Assembly: GCF_006345805.1 (NCBI RefSeq)
Contig: NC_043004.1
Location: 67,518,001-67,582,000, forward strand
Direction: 5' to 3'
Length of the DNA: 64,000 nucleotides
Origin: Octopus sinensis
Lineage: Eukaryota
Shown here: piece after piece, positions 1 to 10,711 of the stretch
Numbering within the stretch: position 1 is the first letter of the stretch
Layout: every line of letters starts with the position of its first letter
Notes under the pieces: model-generated
Database searches by the model: none
Told to the model about the DNA's origin: nothing
What the model saw: only the letters and a program-made list of their open reading frames with translations
Position numbers and translations under genes: made by a program

Positions 1-274
1 TATATTTAAATCTCTGGCTGTAAGTGTACATATATATATATTAATATATATATATATAATATATATATATATATAATATATATAATATATATAATATAGA
101 TATAGATATATATATATATAATAGATTATATAGATATATATATATGTATGTATCTAAATATATAAAGATATATATATATATATATTTATATAGATATTAT
201 ATAAGTATAGGTTTCTATCTATCTCAGTTATATACATAGGTATATATATATATATATATGTTTATATATATATA

Positions 275-346
<72 letters not shown>

Positions 347-1129
347 CAATATACGTACATATAATATATATATATATGCGATATGCGCACATATTTATAT
401 ATATATATATATATATATGTGGTGTGTGTGTGTACATATTTATGCATGTATTGATGCATATATGTATGTATGTATGTATGCATGTATGCATGCACATTCA
501 TTTACCGCCTTTTATGAAGTGATACAAGTTTTCTGAATACAATCTCTCATCAGAGTAGTAGAAATATGTAAGCTTCGATGTGAATTTATCTTTCTAAGTA
601 TACAAGGATTGTAAAATCTGTCCACGAGTTTGTTCTTTGCACTTAGTTGAGCAAAATATACTACAGTCTGTTTTAATAAATTTATGAACAACCACTGATG
701 AGTAAACAAATATATGTACACAAATACATGCACACCACATACACTTTATATACATATATAGTGTACTGTTCCCTGATAGTAGGATTATCTAGAATAGTCT
801 CCCTTATTTTGACATATAATTATTATTTAATAAACACATTGCATAGATTTTTGTAGGGTTTTGTGACCAACTAATAGTTTCGGGCGATGAAAACAACTTC
901 GGCACTACACCCATGCCATAATAAATTAAAGCACGATCTAAATCTGGACCTCAAACACGACCTCTTCATTCAGAAGTTGTCATCTTCTGGAACCATTAGA
1001 AGCTCATAAAAAATATAGTATATATTTATTAAATGATATATGTGTGTGTATGTATGAGTGCACGCGGTTGTATTTCTGTGTATACATACATGCATATATA
1101 CATTCATATATATATGCATATGTAAATAT

Positions 1130-1520
1130 GGCTGTGTGGTAAGTAGCTTGCTAACCAACCACATGGTTCCGGGTTCAGTCCTGCTGCGTGGCATCTTGGG
1201 CAAGTGTCTTCTGCTATAGCCCCGGGCCGACCAATGCCTTGTGAGTGATTTGTAGACAGAAACTGAAAGAATCCTGTCGTATATATGCATATATATATTA
1301 TGTGTTTTGTGTGTTTGTGTGTCTGTGTTTGTCCCCCTAGCATTGCTTGACAACCGATGCTAGTGTGTTTAAGTCCCCGTCACTTAGCGGTTCGGCAAAA
1401 GAGACCGATAGAATAAGTACTGGGCTTACAAAGAATAAGTCCCGGGTCGATTTGCTCGACTAAGGCGGTGCTCCAGCATGCCGCAGTCAAATGACTGAAA
1501 CATGTAAAACAGTAAAAGAG
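1130..1520 (+). mobile_element. tRNA-derived SINE, family A (near full length)
   Basis: Head GGCTGTGTGGTAAGTAGC...GGTTCAGTCC (A/B-box like), body TTGGGCAAGTGTCTT...GAAACTGAAAGAA, internal TA/TG repeat, tail GCTCCAGCATG..GCAGTCAAATGACTGAAAC..GTAAAAGAG; shared with at least 5 other copies in the window. Confidence 0.9.
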
Positions 1521-1523
1521 TTG

Positions 1524-1556
<33 letters not shown>

Positions 1557-1745
1557 ATATATATACTACAGAAATTTGAGTGAAGAAACATACTTAAATC
1601 AATAAACATCAACTATCAGATGATACCAATCAATACTTTAATACACCATTATATATCAGTAAGGCATTATACAAATATACAGTAAAAGTAAATAGACAAA
1701 GAGATATAAGTATAAATTTCAAATATAATATGTAATTAAATCAAA

Positions 1746-1853
1746 TCTGATAGCTGTTTCGGCAGTGAGGGCAGTCATACCTCATTAACCTATAAGCCAT
1801 AAAGCAGGTACAAGTGAGGCATTAACAAGGATGCCCCACGGCCTCTTCAGAGA
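1746..1853 (-). ncRNA. Type I hammerhead ribozyme motif, stem III variant (GAAACAGCTATC)
   Basis: Reverse-complement copy of 2571-2680; GUC changed to AUC, leaving a C15.2-A16.2 mismatch. Confidence 0.7.
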
Positions 1854-2570
1854 ATTAAATTTGTTATAATTGTGAAAAAGTTTTTTAACCATATACATAT
1901 AAATATAAAATATAAAAATGTAAAATATAAAACTATACATAACTTCATAATGCTACACTTATATAATATAATACTCATTGGTACAATAATGGAAGGTAAA
2001 CAGAACAAAATAAACAAAATATGTATCAGTGTATATATTAATATTAATAAGCACCGATATTATACATATTTGGCTAATAGTTTTTAAAAAAACTAACACA
2101 TAGGGAGATGAAAAATAATAATTAAAACCATGGTTCAGTTCATAAAATTATAAAGCTATAAAAGTCAATAAAAATTACTATTAATATTAATAATAATAAT
2201 AATAATAATAATTATAATAATAATAATAATAGATACAGTTATGTTTGCACCAAGTCCATCCTTTCAAGATCGAAATAACTATGAGTTTAGAAATACTGAC
2301 CACTAGGTAATGATAATTTAGATTAATTCGATTGGCTATTGGTTTGAAATTTAAATCACAAAAGAAATTATACGGTATAATTTCTTTTGTTTTATTATTA
2401 TAATTTCTTTTGTTTTATTTTGTTCTGTTTACCTTCCATTATTGTACCAATGAGTATTATATTATATAAGTGTAGCATTATGAAGTTTATGTATAAGTTT
2501 TTATATTTTACATTTTTATATTTTTATATTTATATGTATATGGTTAAATAATCTTTTTCACAATTTTAAT

Positions 2571-2680
2571 TCTCTGAAGAGGCCGTGGGGCATCCTTGTT
2601 AATGCCTCATTTATACCTGCCTTTATGGCTTATAGGTTAAATGAGGTATGACTGCCCTCACTGCCGAAACAGCTGTCAGA
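2571..2680 (+). ncRNA. Type I hammerhead ribozyme motif with intact core
   Basis: TCT-CTGAAGA(2574-2580)-GGC...GCC-GAAA(2666-2669)-C-AGCT-GTC(2675-2677)-AGA; extended stem II (GTGGGGCA/TGCCCTCAC, ATGCCTCATTT/AAATGAGGTAT). Confidence 0.85.
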
Positions 2681-3045
2681 TTTGATTTAATACATATTAT
2701 ATTTGAAATTTTATACTTATATCTCTTTGTCTATTTACTTTTACTGTATATTTTGTATAATGCCTTTACTGATATGTAATTGGGTATAGTATTGATTGGG
2801 TATCATCTGATAGATGATGTTTTTATTGATTTAAGTATGTTTCTCCATTCTCTAATTTTGTAGTATTAATTTACGGTAATATTATTACCTTTACCCATAT
2901 AATACAATAGATGAACTGATTGTTTGGCAATTTTTAACATCTATGTATTAGTCTTGTTGGGTACCTATCTAGCAGTATATTGGATATATATTATATCCCA
3001 TGGTGGGTTGAATTGCAACCCCTTTCTCATTTTATAAAAACTATA

Positions 3046-3087
<42 letters not shown>

Positions 3088-3140
3088 CATTGTTTGGTGA
3101 ATATATGGAATGGAATCACATAAAACTCATTAATCTAGCA

Positions 3141-3265
3141 AGAGAGAATGATAAAATAAGTACTAAGCTTACAAAAAATAAGTCCTGGGGTCGATCTCTT
3201 CTAGTAAATGTAGTGCTCCAGCATGGGCACAGTCAAATGACTGAAACAGATAAAAGAATCAAAAT
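3141..3265 (+). mobile_element. SINE family A, 3' fragment
   Basis: ATAAGTACTAAGCTTACAAAAAATAAGTCCTGGGGTCGA...GCTCCAGCATGGGCACAGTCAAATGACTGAAAC. Confidence 0.8.
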
Positions 3266-3504
3266 ATACCTTCATACATAGACAAATTAACGAATGCAGC
3301 AGCTAAACTCCGGATTAAATATGCGTCATAGCGAGCGGAACATAGATTTGTATTCGTATACCCGGCAAACTGTCAACTATAAGATTTTTTTCACCTTATT
3401 GCATTTTGAAATACGAAATATTCACAATCCTCCGCACCAACAAGCCACTCTTGCTCCACAGATTTGTCTTTAACTTACACATACATACATACATACATAC
3501 CTAC

Positions 3505-3563
<59 letters not shown>

Positions 3564-3570
<7 letters not shown>

Positions 3571-3829
3571 ATCACGTGACCGACCAGACCATCAGATGTT
3601 GCTACACATCACTGGTCACAACGCGTTCGCATTGTTTTAGCCTTTGAATGACGCCACCCCGCTGGCTAAACGAGCAGGCCGACAGATGAAAGACTGAGAG
3701 AAAGAGTGGTGAAAGAGTACAGCAGGGATCACCCCCCCTGCCGGAGGCTCGTGGAGCTCAATAAACAAACACAACGCCTGGGAATCGAAAGTGCGATCCT
3801 ACGACCGCTTGTCTAACCACTGGGCCATT
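3564..3829 (-). mobile_element. tRNA-derived SINE, family B, with (CACGTGAT)n tail
   Basis: Minus strand reads AATGGCCCAGTGGTTAG...CGATTCCCAG, the same head as 15358 and 35638; ends TCACGTGATCACGTGAT. Confidence 0.85.
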
Positions 3830-4516
3830 TATCCTACATTAAATATGTATGTATATATATATATATATACATATTTAATGTAGGATAAATTTTTTTTCGA
3901 AATAAAATTTTATCAATGGCCAGCATATTAAAAAATACCTTTAAAGGTTAAATTTATAAACAACTTATGAATGAGGGCAAACGAAAAAAATTTTCTAATG
4001 CCATATGCCGAAAATTAGACATATTGTCCATAACCATTATAATTTTTCACAGAACGAGCGCTACTCCAAAACAGGTCGACAGACATTTCTAAAAAATTCC
4101 ATTATTACCACATCGGACCGATTTCAGGGTTAGCTGGTAAGAGCCCTCCCTTTGTCAGTGATAAACGTTTCAGAGAAATAAATGAGATACTTACTCATAC
4201 CCATGAAAGAAGCAAAAACTAAGTTATGAGCACAACTAAGTACGCCAAATACATCCAAAATAGAAATTCTCCAGCCCATTAGAGACACGTGCGATTTGAA
4301 CTGAGGCTCTCACAGAGTGAGGGAGTCCGGAAATGAACACTATTAAATTTATATTTAATGTAGGATAAAATATTTTTCGAAAAAAAAAAATTATCAATGG
4401 CCAGCATATTAAGTAATTTAACATTTAAAGGTATTTTTTATGGTTATGGACAATATGTCTAATTTTCGGCATATGGCATTAGAAAAATGTTTTCGTTTGC
4501 CCTCATTTATAAGTTA
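3828..4516 (-). mobile_element. Hammerhead-bearing repeat unit (period 480) with inverted 5' segment
   Basis: Direct repeat 3871-3930 = 4351-4411; 3931-4036 is inverted at 4415-4516; decayed HHR at 4107-4162. Confidence 0.7.
4107..4162 (-). ncRNA. Degenerate type I hammerhead motif
   Basis: ATCA-CTGACAA-AGGG...CCCT-GAAA-TCGGTCCGA-TG-TGGT; stems intact but G8A and N17=G lesions. Confidence 0.65.
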
Positions 4517-4546
4517 TATATATATATATATATATATAGATATATA

Positions 4547-4578
<32 letters not shown>

Positions 4579-4596
4579 ATGTGTGTGTGTGTGTGT

Positions 4597-4762
4597 TTGA
4601 ATTTACAGAGTACGAACAAAGGCAGGTCTATTAGTTTCACGCTTGACAAAGTGAGAAACTCTTTTACGTTTCGAGCCTACGCTCTTCAACAAAAAGAAAT
4701 AAGCGAAAATAAACAGAGAGCGAACAAACAAAAGAACTTGTGGATTTATCGATGGATCATGC
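4597..4762 (-). mobile_element. Short repeat with minimal HHR-like motif (family also at 39410, 56180, 60297)
   Basis: Minus strand 4694-4662 reads TTGTTGA-A-GAGC-GTAG-GCTC-GAAA-CGTA-AAA. Confidence 0.7.
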
Positions 4763-4824
4763 ACACACATACACACACACACGTATATATATATATATAC
4801 TATATATATATATATATTATATAT

Positions 4825-4856
<32 letters not shown>

Positions 4857-5084
4857 CATGAACATATAGGAGCAATGCAAGATAACCACACGTTAATCTA
4901 AATTGTGCCTATGAAAGTGATGTGAGTAGAAACTCGTTGCCGGACCGGAAAAAGACGCTTGAAACTATTTATGCACTGTGTTCAGATGTTACTTTGCCTA
5001 ATTTTGCCTTTTATCTTTTTGGGGTTGTTCAAAAAATATATAACATGTGAACTTATATGTGAACTTTATAGAGTCCGAAACGAA

Positions 5085-5232
5085 AGAAAAATAAAGTCGA
5101 TATCAGCGGAATTTGAACCCAGAACGTAAAGACAAACAAAATGCTAATAGGCATTTTCCCGTGTAAGATCAGTGTAATTAACTTATCCCATTCCCTAAAA
5201 TTGTTGGTCTCGTGCCAAATTTTGAAATTGAT
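5085..5232. mobile_element. SINE family D, rearranged copy (5' part on minus, tail on plus)
   Basis: AAAGTCGATATCAGCGGAATTTGAACCCAGAACG (reverse complement of the D head region), then a plus-strand tail ...GGTCTCGTGCCAAATTTTGAAATTG. Confidence 0.6.
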
Positions 5233-5617
5233 ATATATATATTTCCTGCGTACGTTTTACTAGTTCGCATGTGTGGAAACCTTTGTATGATGTTCTCAAT
5301 GCAAATAGTTGCTTACGCAGAATGGATTGTAAGCCAACATTTTAATGCATGTGAGTTAGTGGGAACTTCTGTTAAAATGTGTGTGGATCGTGAAAATATA
5401 ACATATATATATATAATATATATATATATATATACGCACACACACACACACACACACACACAGATATATATATATATATATTATATATATATATATACAA
5501 CTTATACACAAGGGCAAAAGAAAAACATTTCTAATGCCAAATATGCCGAAACTAGACACATCGTCCATTTTTTTTTTCGAAAATTTTTTAGCCTATATTA
5601 TATATATATATATATAT

Positions 5618-5715
5618 AGTGGTCGTATACTGTCAACTCAATGTGATTGTCCCGTAAGGGAATTACAGCACCGCCTTACGGGACTGTCACATTGAGTTGA
5701 CAGTATACGACCACT
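5618..5715. repeat. 98-bp hairpin with ~42-bp arms
   Basis: AGTGGTCGTATACTGTCAACTCAATGTGATTGTCCCGTAAGG / CCTTACGGGACTGTCACATTGAGTTGACAGTATACGACCACT. Confidence 0.9.
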
Positions 5716-5775
5716 TTATCGCTTCACCACCGCTTATGTCTCTCTGAGACATTTAGAAATTCAATATTTCTAATT

Positions 5776-5819
<44 letters not shown>

Positions 5820-6101
5820 ATATATCTATATATATATATATCGAAAGGGAACTAGAAAGTAATTGGCTGAGAATTTAAAATGTTGCGTACAGAGTGTGAA
5901 GGGTAGAGAGAGAATGAGTGAGGGTAGAGGTATTTAGCGAGAAGAGAAATGATGAATGAAGACGGAAAAGGATGTGATAGAAAGATGAAGTCAGAAAGAA
6001 TTCGAGAGGAGAGTAGGAGAAAGAAAAAGGGGAAACGACTAAGAAAAAAGAAGGAAGAAATTACTTTGGACAACAAGTATTTAAAGCAATATCTTTATGA
6101 A

Positions 6102-6120
<19 letters not shown>

Positions 6121-6136
<16 letters not shown>

Positions 6137-6514
6137 TGAGGTTGTGTGCTGTCTGTCTCCTACGATTTAGATTCCTAACTACACCCACATTTTGCGGTGC
6201 AGTTTAACCAAAAGCGGGTATCTTATAGTCGTGATTCATATCGAGCCCGTCTGGGTATTAGCGCGCGTCTACGGTGAGTGAACGATTAAAAAAAAAATTA
6301 CCATAAATTTTTCCCGTTTTTAATGCATTTTGGCATATATAAGGGAAGTAACCCTCGAAAAATTTATTATTAAATCTCAGAACGTAAAAAGCTACAGTAA
6401 CACCCCCCACTTTGTGGTTAGCCATATTGAGATGGCTATTATTCTTTACATCTCTAAAATGCTTATATAGTTATTTCCCTTACAAACCCGAGCAACACCG
6501 GGCGATACTGCTAG
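6121..6514 (+). mobile_element. Non-autonomous Helitron
   Basis: 5' TATATATAAAAGTGAGGTTGTGTGCTGTCTGTC; 3' hairpin CCCGAGCAACACCGGG then CTAG(6511-6514)|T. Confidence 0.8.
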
Positions 6515-6979
6515 TATATGATAAAGGAGTGATAAGATAAGTAAGTGGACGAAGATGTATAGCAGGAGGTAGAGTTGAAGACAATAATGGGGTGACGGAC
6601 AGAGAGATTCTGAGGATCATAAAGGGAAGTAAGGGAGGATATACATGTTAGAAAGATCACAAAGCACACAACTATTTAAGGAACAAATGTGTAGATTGAT
6701 ACAAACCCAAAAACACTTGCAAGTCCAAACCTACACACAGAAAACCACACGTACAAACACACAATAACTCACATATTATGCGTGTGTGCATATATATACG
6801 AGTGTGTGTGTGTGTATGTGTGTGTCTATAGATGTAGAGACTCATATACGTATATGTATGCATACATCTACATACTTATATAAATACATATTTACATAGA
6901 CATACACCACACATATATACATACATGTATACATACACACACAAACATATATATATATATATATATTATATATATTATA

Positions 6980-7061
<82 letters not shown>

Positions 7062-7063
<2 letters not shown>

Positions 7064-7453
7064 AGCAGGAGTGGCCGTGTGGTAAGTAGCTTGTTTACCA
7101 ACCTCATGGTTCCGGGTTCAGTCCCACTGCGTGGCAGCTTGGGCAAATGTCTTTTACTATAGCCTCGGGCCGACCAAAGCCTTGTTAGTGGATTTGGTAG
7201 ACGGAAACTGAAAGAAGCCCGTCGCATGTATGTATATATATATATATGCGTGTGTATGTTTGTGTGTCTGTGTTTGTCCCCCTAGCATTGATTGACAACC
7301 GATGCTGGTGTGTTTATGTCCCCGTTACATAGCGGTTCGGCAAAAAGTCCGATAGAATAAGTACTGGGCTTACAAAAGAATAAATCCCGGGGTCGAGTTG
7401 CTCGATTAAAGGCGGTGGCAGTCAAATGACTGAAACAAGTAAAAAGTAAAGAG
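7062..7453 (+). mobile_element. SINE family A, full length
   Basis: GGAGCAGGAGTGGCCGTGTGGTAAG...GCAGTCAAATGACTGAAACAAGTAAAAAGTAAAGAG, inserted in (TA)n. Confidence 0.92.
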
Positions 7454-7873
7454 TATATATGTATAGCTTCCAAAATTTTCCTAAGTATTTGGTTAATAGG
7501 AATATATAATCTAACGCAAGCGGGTGCCAATGCATTTTTAACAAGTAGGGTTAAAAAGTCACTTTGAGCTATTTTTAGAGCGATACTATCATATTCCATT
7601 TCGAAAAAAATCAAATAAGCGGTCGAAATGCTCTGATGAAGCCTTTGACGGATTGTTGCCCATTATGCACTAAGAGATTATGTAGATGCGTCTTGATAGC
7701 AGCAGAAACGATATGTTGGTGAAAATAGAGGAATATAAATGACTGCACTTTAAAAGAAATTGGATATTCTTTTTCTCTTTTTTCCTTAACCTCATTCATC
7801 TTTACACGCACACAAGCACTTATATATGTATATATATATGTATATATATATAATATATATATATATATATTAT

Positions 7874-7904
<31 letters not shown>

Positions 7905-7907
7905 CTT

Positions 7908-7939
<32 letters not shown>

Positions 7940-7947
7940 TATATTAT

Positions 7948-8748
7948 ATTGAGGGTACTACTATTCGTAGATACCAACACGCTAAGAGGGACCAATGCGG
8001 TCAAAACTACTAAAAATAAACAAAATTTTACCGAATGCAAAACTTCAAAACACATCATTTTAAAAAAGAATTCAGTTACATATCACATGTGATTTCGCAT
8101 TTAATGCAGAATATGCATTTCATGTTCGTACCCTCAATATAATATAAATGAATATTTTCAAAGAGGAAGAATTTACGGATTTTTTCTCTTACGAGGTTTT
8201 TCACGCTAACTACTGATAATTTCTTTTAAAGATTTTATCCTCAATTGTTAATTTATATTTTTCACCGGAATAGTTCAATACTGAATTTTTATTCCGACTA
8301 GGCAATTTGGTACCGAAATGCATTGCGAAAAAGCCCGCCATTTTCATAGATATGTAAGGATAAACATTCGTACATGCTACGACGAATTCTACGGTTGGCT
8401 ATCGAGTTTGTAATGTCATGTTTTTTCTTATATCTCTTGAGTTTGTTGCACTGACGAACATGAAATGCATATTCTGCATTAAATGCGAAATCACATGTGA
8501 TATGTAACTGAATTCTTTCTTAAAATGATGTGTTTTGAGGTTTTACATTCGGTAAAATTTTGTTTATTTTAGTAGTTTTGACCGCATTGGTCCCTCTTAG
8601 CGTGTTGGTATCTATGAATAGTAGTACCCTCAATATAATATAAATGAATATTTTCAAAGAGGAAGAATTTACGGATTTTTTCTCTTACGAGGTTTTTCAC
8701 GCTGACTACTGATAATTTCTTTTAAAGATTTTATCCTCAATTGTTAAA
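7948..8748 (+). mobile_element. Hammerhead-bearing repeat unit (period 496) with inverted 5' segment
   Basis: 7948-8130 is the reverse complement of ~8455-8640; 8131-8250 is repeated directly at 8627-8748; flanked by (TA)n. Confidence 0.8.
8445..8508 (+). ncRNA. Type I hammerhead motif (AUA cleavage triplet)
   Basis: GTTGCA-CTGACGA-ACAT..AATGCA/TGCATT..ATGC-GAAA-TCACATGTGA-TA-TGTAAC; 6-bp stem I, palindromic stem III, single A10.1-C11.1 mismatch. Confidence 0.8.
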
Positions 8749-10711
8749 ATATATATATATATATATATACTTAGATTATGAATCCTATGTTCTTATGTGT
8801 AATCGTTCTTTATAGAGCAAAAGATATTCCTTATTTCGCCCTTAGCCAAACCCACTGATATGTTCCTGTCATCATTATCATCTATATATGTAAATGTCTT
8901 GTAATCATGCATGATGTATATGATTAATGAAATTTCAGTACTTATTTCAGTATTATATAGCCCCATTGATATATGACTAGCTTGATATTGCAGCACTTAA
9001 GAGAGATAAGCTCTTTCCAGCTAAAGATTCTTCAATAGATATTTTTTAAACAGGTGTAAACATTTTCCGATTGAAATATTTTAACACATCAGAATCTCTA
9101 ACAGATTTAAGTAAACGAAAGTGCATATAATAAATATACACTCTTATAGAATGAGGCTTCCAACAGCCAGTCTTTGTAACCAAATGGTTTCGGGATAAAA
9201 CTTCATAAATACGGAGGACAGATCAAATCTGAATTGTCAGATGCACAGCAACAATTAAAAGGACAAATCTTAGTGATATACCTCAAACTTTCGCTCTATT
9301 CATTATACCTGTGTTTTGTAATATTGTTGTTTTTTTTAAACAGCATCAATGAAACTCTACATGGGATGTGGTTTAGTCAAAATACCTGTGCAAAAGAAGT
9401 CAAGCAATACATATCCGATAATTTAAATCTAACGGCTTCGAAACTAAGCTTGTGGGTGCGAGAGTGTGTTCATAGAGATACATCCATCATCAACATATCC
9501 ATACATACATACAGACATACAAACATACATACATATATAAAATTAATACATAAAGCTAGGCGCAATATAATAACATAAAGGATAAATTTATTTCAAGGCT
9601 CTGGATGTCATTTAAGATTCCACCCAAATTTATATCAGAAACAGCTGAAGCTAATATAATTAGCTAGGTTGTTAAAACATCTATATTGCTAGAAATAAGA
9701 ACCAAATTGCTCTAATGCCGATCAAGAATTCATTATACTGACTGAATTCATTTACTGATGGGGCCTCATCCTTTGTCTCATCAGTAAAGTTTGGTTCGAC
9801 TTCATCAGATTCAGGACTCCATTCTCTGTCAGTATTTATTTTTATCACTATAAAAATCCATGGACGATTTACCAAATCGCTAACGAATATACAGAAAATT
9901 CATATACTCAGTAATTTGCAACATTTTACCACAAAGAAAAATGTGATTTTCACTAAATCGACTAGGCTGTTAGAAACACCTACATTGCTGGAAATGAGAG
10001 CTAAAATTCTTTAATGACCTTAAGGAAAGGAATGTTGAATTTAAAATATCATGTGCTATCCTTGCGCATGCCTCACCTAATAGAATTGGGTCCACTAGAT
10101 GCGGTTTATGCATAAGGGAGGCATATACTATATTGAAAAATTACAACAACGCAGTGTTAAATAAGTTCACTGATGCAATACAGGCGTGATTGCATAAGAT
10201 CCACTCGACGTTCCATAGGAAATTTAGAAATAGAAATAGGAATAAGAGTAGAGAGCTAAGCAATAACAATTGAGTTAAGTTTAGTAAGTATAGTGATTGG
10301 TAAACGAGATAAAACTAAAGTAATGTAATTATTAAAAAAATAGCTGTTAGTCGAGGACTCGAAACTGAATATGTGGCTTTGCATGTATGGGAGAATTTAT
10401 AAAATTGAAATAATATAAAATAAAATAAATTATATGCTGAAGTGAAATGGTCCAGATGGCGCTGTGTGCATACAATTTACTATGGCGGCTGGATCGAATT
10501 GTATGCGTATAAAGTTCCATTCAAGATCGACGAAAAAAATTTCTGGGAGAACGTAAATGCCGTGTTCTGCTAATTTCTAGTGCGAATCACATCTGTAAGT
10601 AATTGTCTCGCTTTAACTTGTTGAAAATTGTTGTTTTGTATTGATTGAACGTCAAACGTACGTTTCATAACAGGAAAAATACTGTTATTCCCCTCCTTAC
10701 GGAGGGGAGAA

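Larger units (their letters stand above)
1563..2866. repeat. Long inverted repeat, arms 1563-2020 and 2408-2866 (~455 bp), each containing a hammerhead motif
   Basis: The arms are near-exact reverse complements by eye. Confidence 0.92.

Noticed and set aside
515-560. Minus-strand CTGATGA...GAAAAC candidate
   Set aside because: No stem I pairing and extra bases in the core.
7611-7811. Possible RT fragment (THLHNLLVHNGQQ)
   Set aside because: Only vague resemblance and no catalytic motifs.
9745-9815. Two CTGATGA boxes on minus within a small palindrome
   Set aside because: No downstream GAAA/stem III/NUH; not a hammerhead.
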